Source: Paraspadella gotoi (taxonomy: Eukaryota; Animalia; Chaetognatha). From it: a DNA stretch of 64,000 bases. Every line of letters starts with the position of its first letter. Positions within the stretch are counted from its first letter, which is position 1. The stretch covers positions 24,549,605-24,613,604 of the forward strand of contig CM119265.1 of the NCBI GenBank assembly GCA_051294375.1. The letters are read 5' to 3'. Both the position numbers and the translations under genes were made by a program. Below are positions 63,169 through 64,000 of this stretch, one piece after another. The notes beneath the pieces are model-generated. The model saw nothing but the letters and a program-made list of their open reading frames with translations, had not been told where the DNA came from and did not search any database.

Positions 63169-64000
63169 TAACGTTCCTCTCATTCCAAACCATTTCCATG
63201 CAAATCTTCACAAGTGAAGCGAACTTAAGGGATATTCCTTCTCTTTTTGTGTTTCGTTTCATTTCTTTTCTTTTTCAGTTTTTTTTTCTTTTTTCTTTTT
63301 TTCTTTTTTTATTTTTATTCCGACAAAAGAAAAGTTGCGAAATAAGGAAAAAGAAATAAAAGAAAGAAAAAAAAAATAAAGAGATGAAGCTAATCATTGC
63401 TTTACATACCTCCAGGTAATAAAGAAAGATGAAAGAATTGAAAGAAGAAAGAAAGAAAGAAAGAAAGAAAGGAAAAGGAAAGAAAGAAAGAAAGAAAGAA
63501 AGAAAGAAGTTAAAGAGACAGAAAATCTGGAAAGTCTTAGGCCTGTCTAACAGGTAGAAATAAGAAAAAAAAATTGTTAAAAAATGAAAAGAAAAGTCAC
63601 TTTTTTGAAGTAAACGTCAGCCTAGTAAGTATATTAACCACAATATTTGTAAGTAATTCAATACAAGTAATATAACTAGTACAAAGTTAATGAAAGAATG
63701 GATAACTTTATTTGGTTGTTCACAATTTCCAATTCAGTCCTAGTATTTGATGCCCGTGCTGAGTAAAATATAGTATAGTAAAAACTGAAAGAATGGTCCT
63801 TTTAAACAAGTGAAACATTCTTTGAAATATTTATACAACTTTATTGATAAGGGAGTTAATTTATCAAACAGATTGTGAGAGAGTCTTGATTGAAAGCCAA
63901 TTTTCATAAAGTTTTAACTAAAAAAAAAGTTAAAAGTGGTGCTGGTAAAGAACCGGCGTTTATTACGACCCTTAACAACCGGAAAACGAAAAATTTCCTT
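59067..64000. repeat. direct duplicate of 46405-51384
   Basis: Colinear over ~5 kb, differing almost only by homopolymer/1-nt indels. Confidence 0.95.

Overview
Eukaryotic (metazoan, probably protostome invertebrate) genomic DNA. It has AT-rich, microsatellite-laden introns, GC-rich exons, GT-AG splicing and many scaffold gaps. Several stretches look like unpolished long-read gap-fill (dense 1-nt indels, repeated 25-N gaps, near-duplicated blocks). Genes that can be supported: an intronless type II membrane EGF/C-type lectin (7255-8721, -); a 4-exon class I SAM methyltransferase (19117-21136, +); a large Kuzbanian-type ADAM10 gene (22602 to >37427, -); the 5' four exons of a TMEM47/claudin-superfamily gene (42054-42723, +); the first two exons of a signal-peptide protein (44902-45803, +); and orphan exons near 2.4-3.0 kb. 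Mobile and RNA elements: a ~6 kb Jockey/I-group LINE (~9155-15196, -) and three Penelope-type minimal hammerhead ribozyme motifs. The two most unusual structures lie inside ADAM10. (i) A ~1 kb tandem array whose unit is a complete intron plus flanking exon ends, creating seven potential 23-nt micro-exons in the membrane-proximal stalk. (ii) The two catalytic-core exons lie on the opposite strand, between inverted (TATC)n/(GATA)n microsatellites. Either could be biology or an assembly/amplification artefact and needs read-level checking. Most ORFs in the supplied track are microsatellite or antisense shadows.
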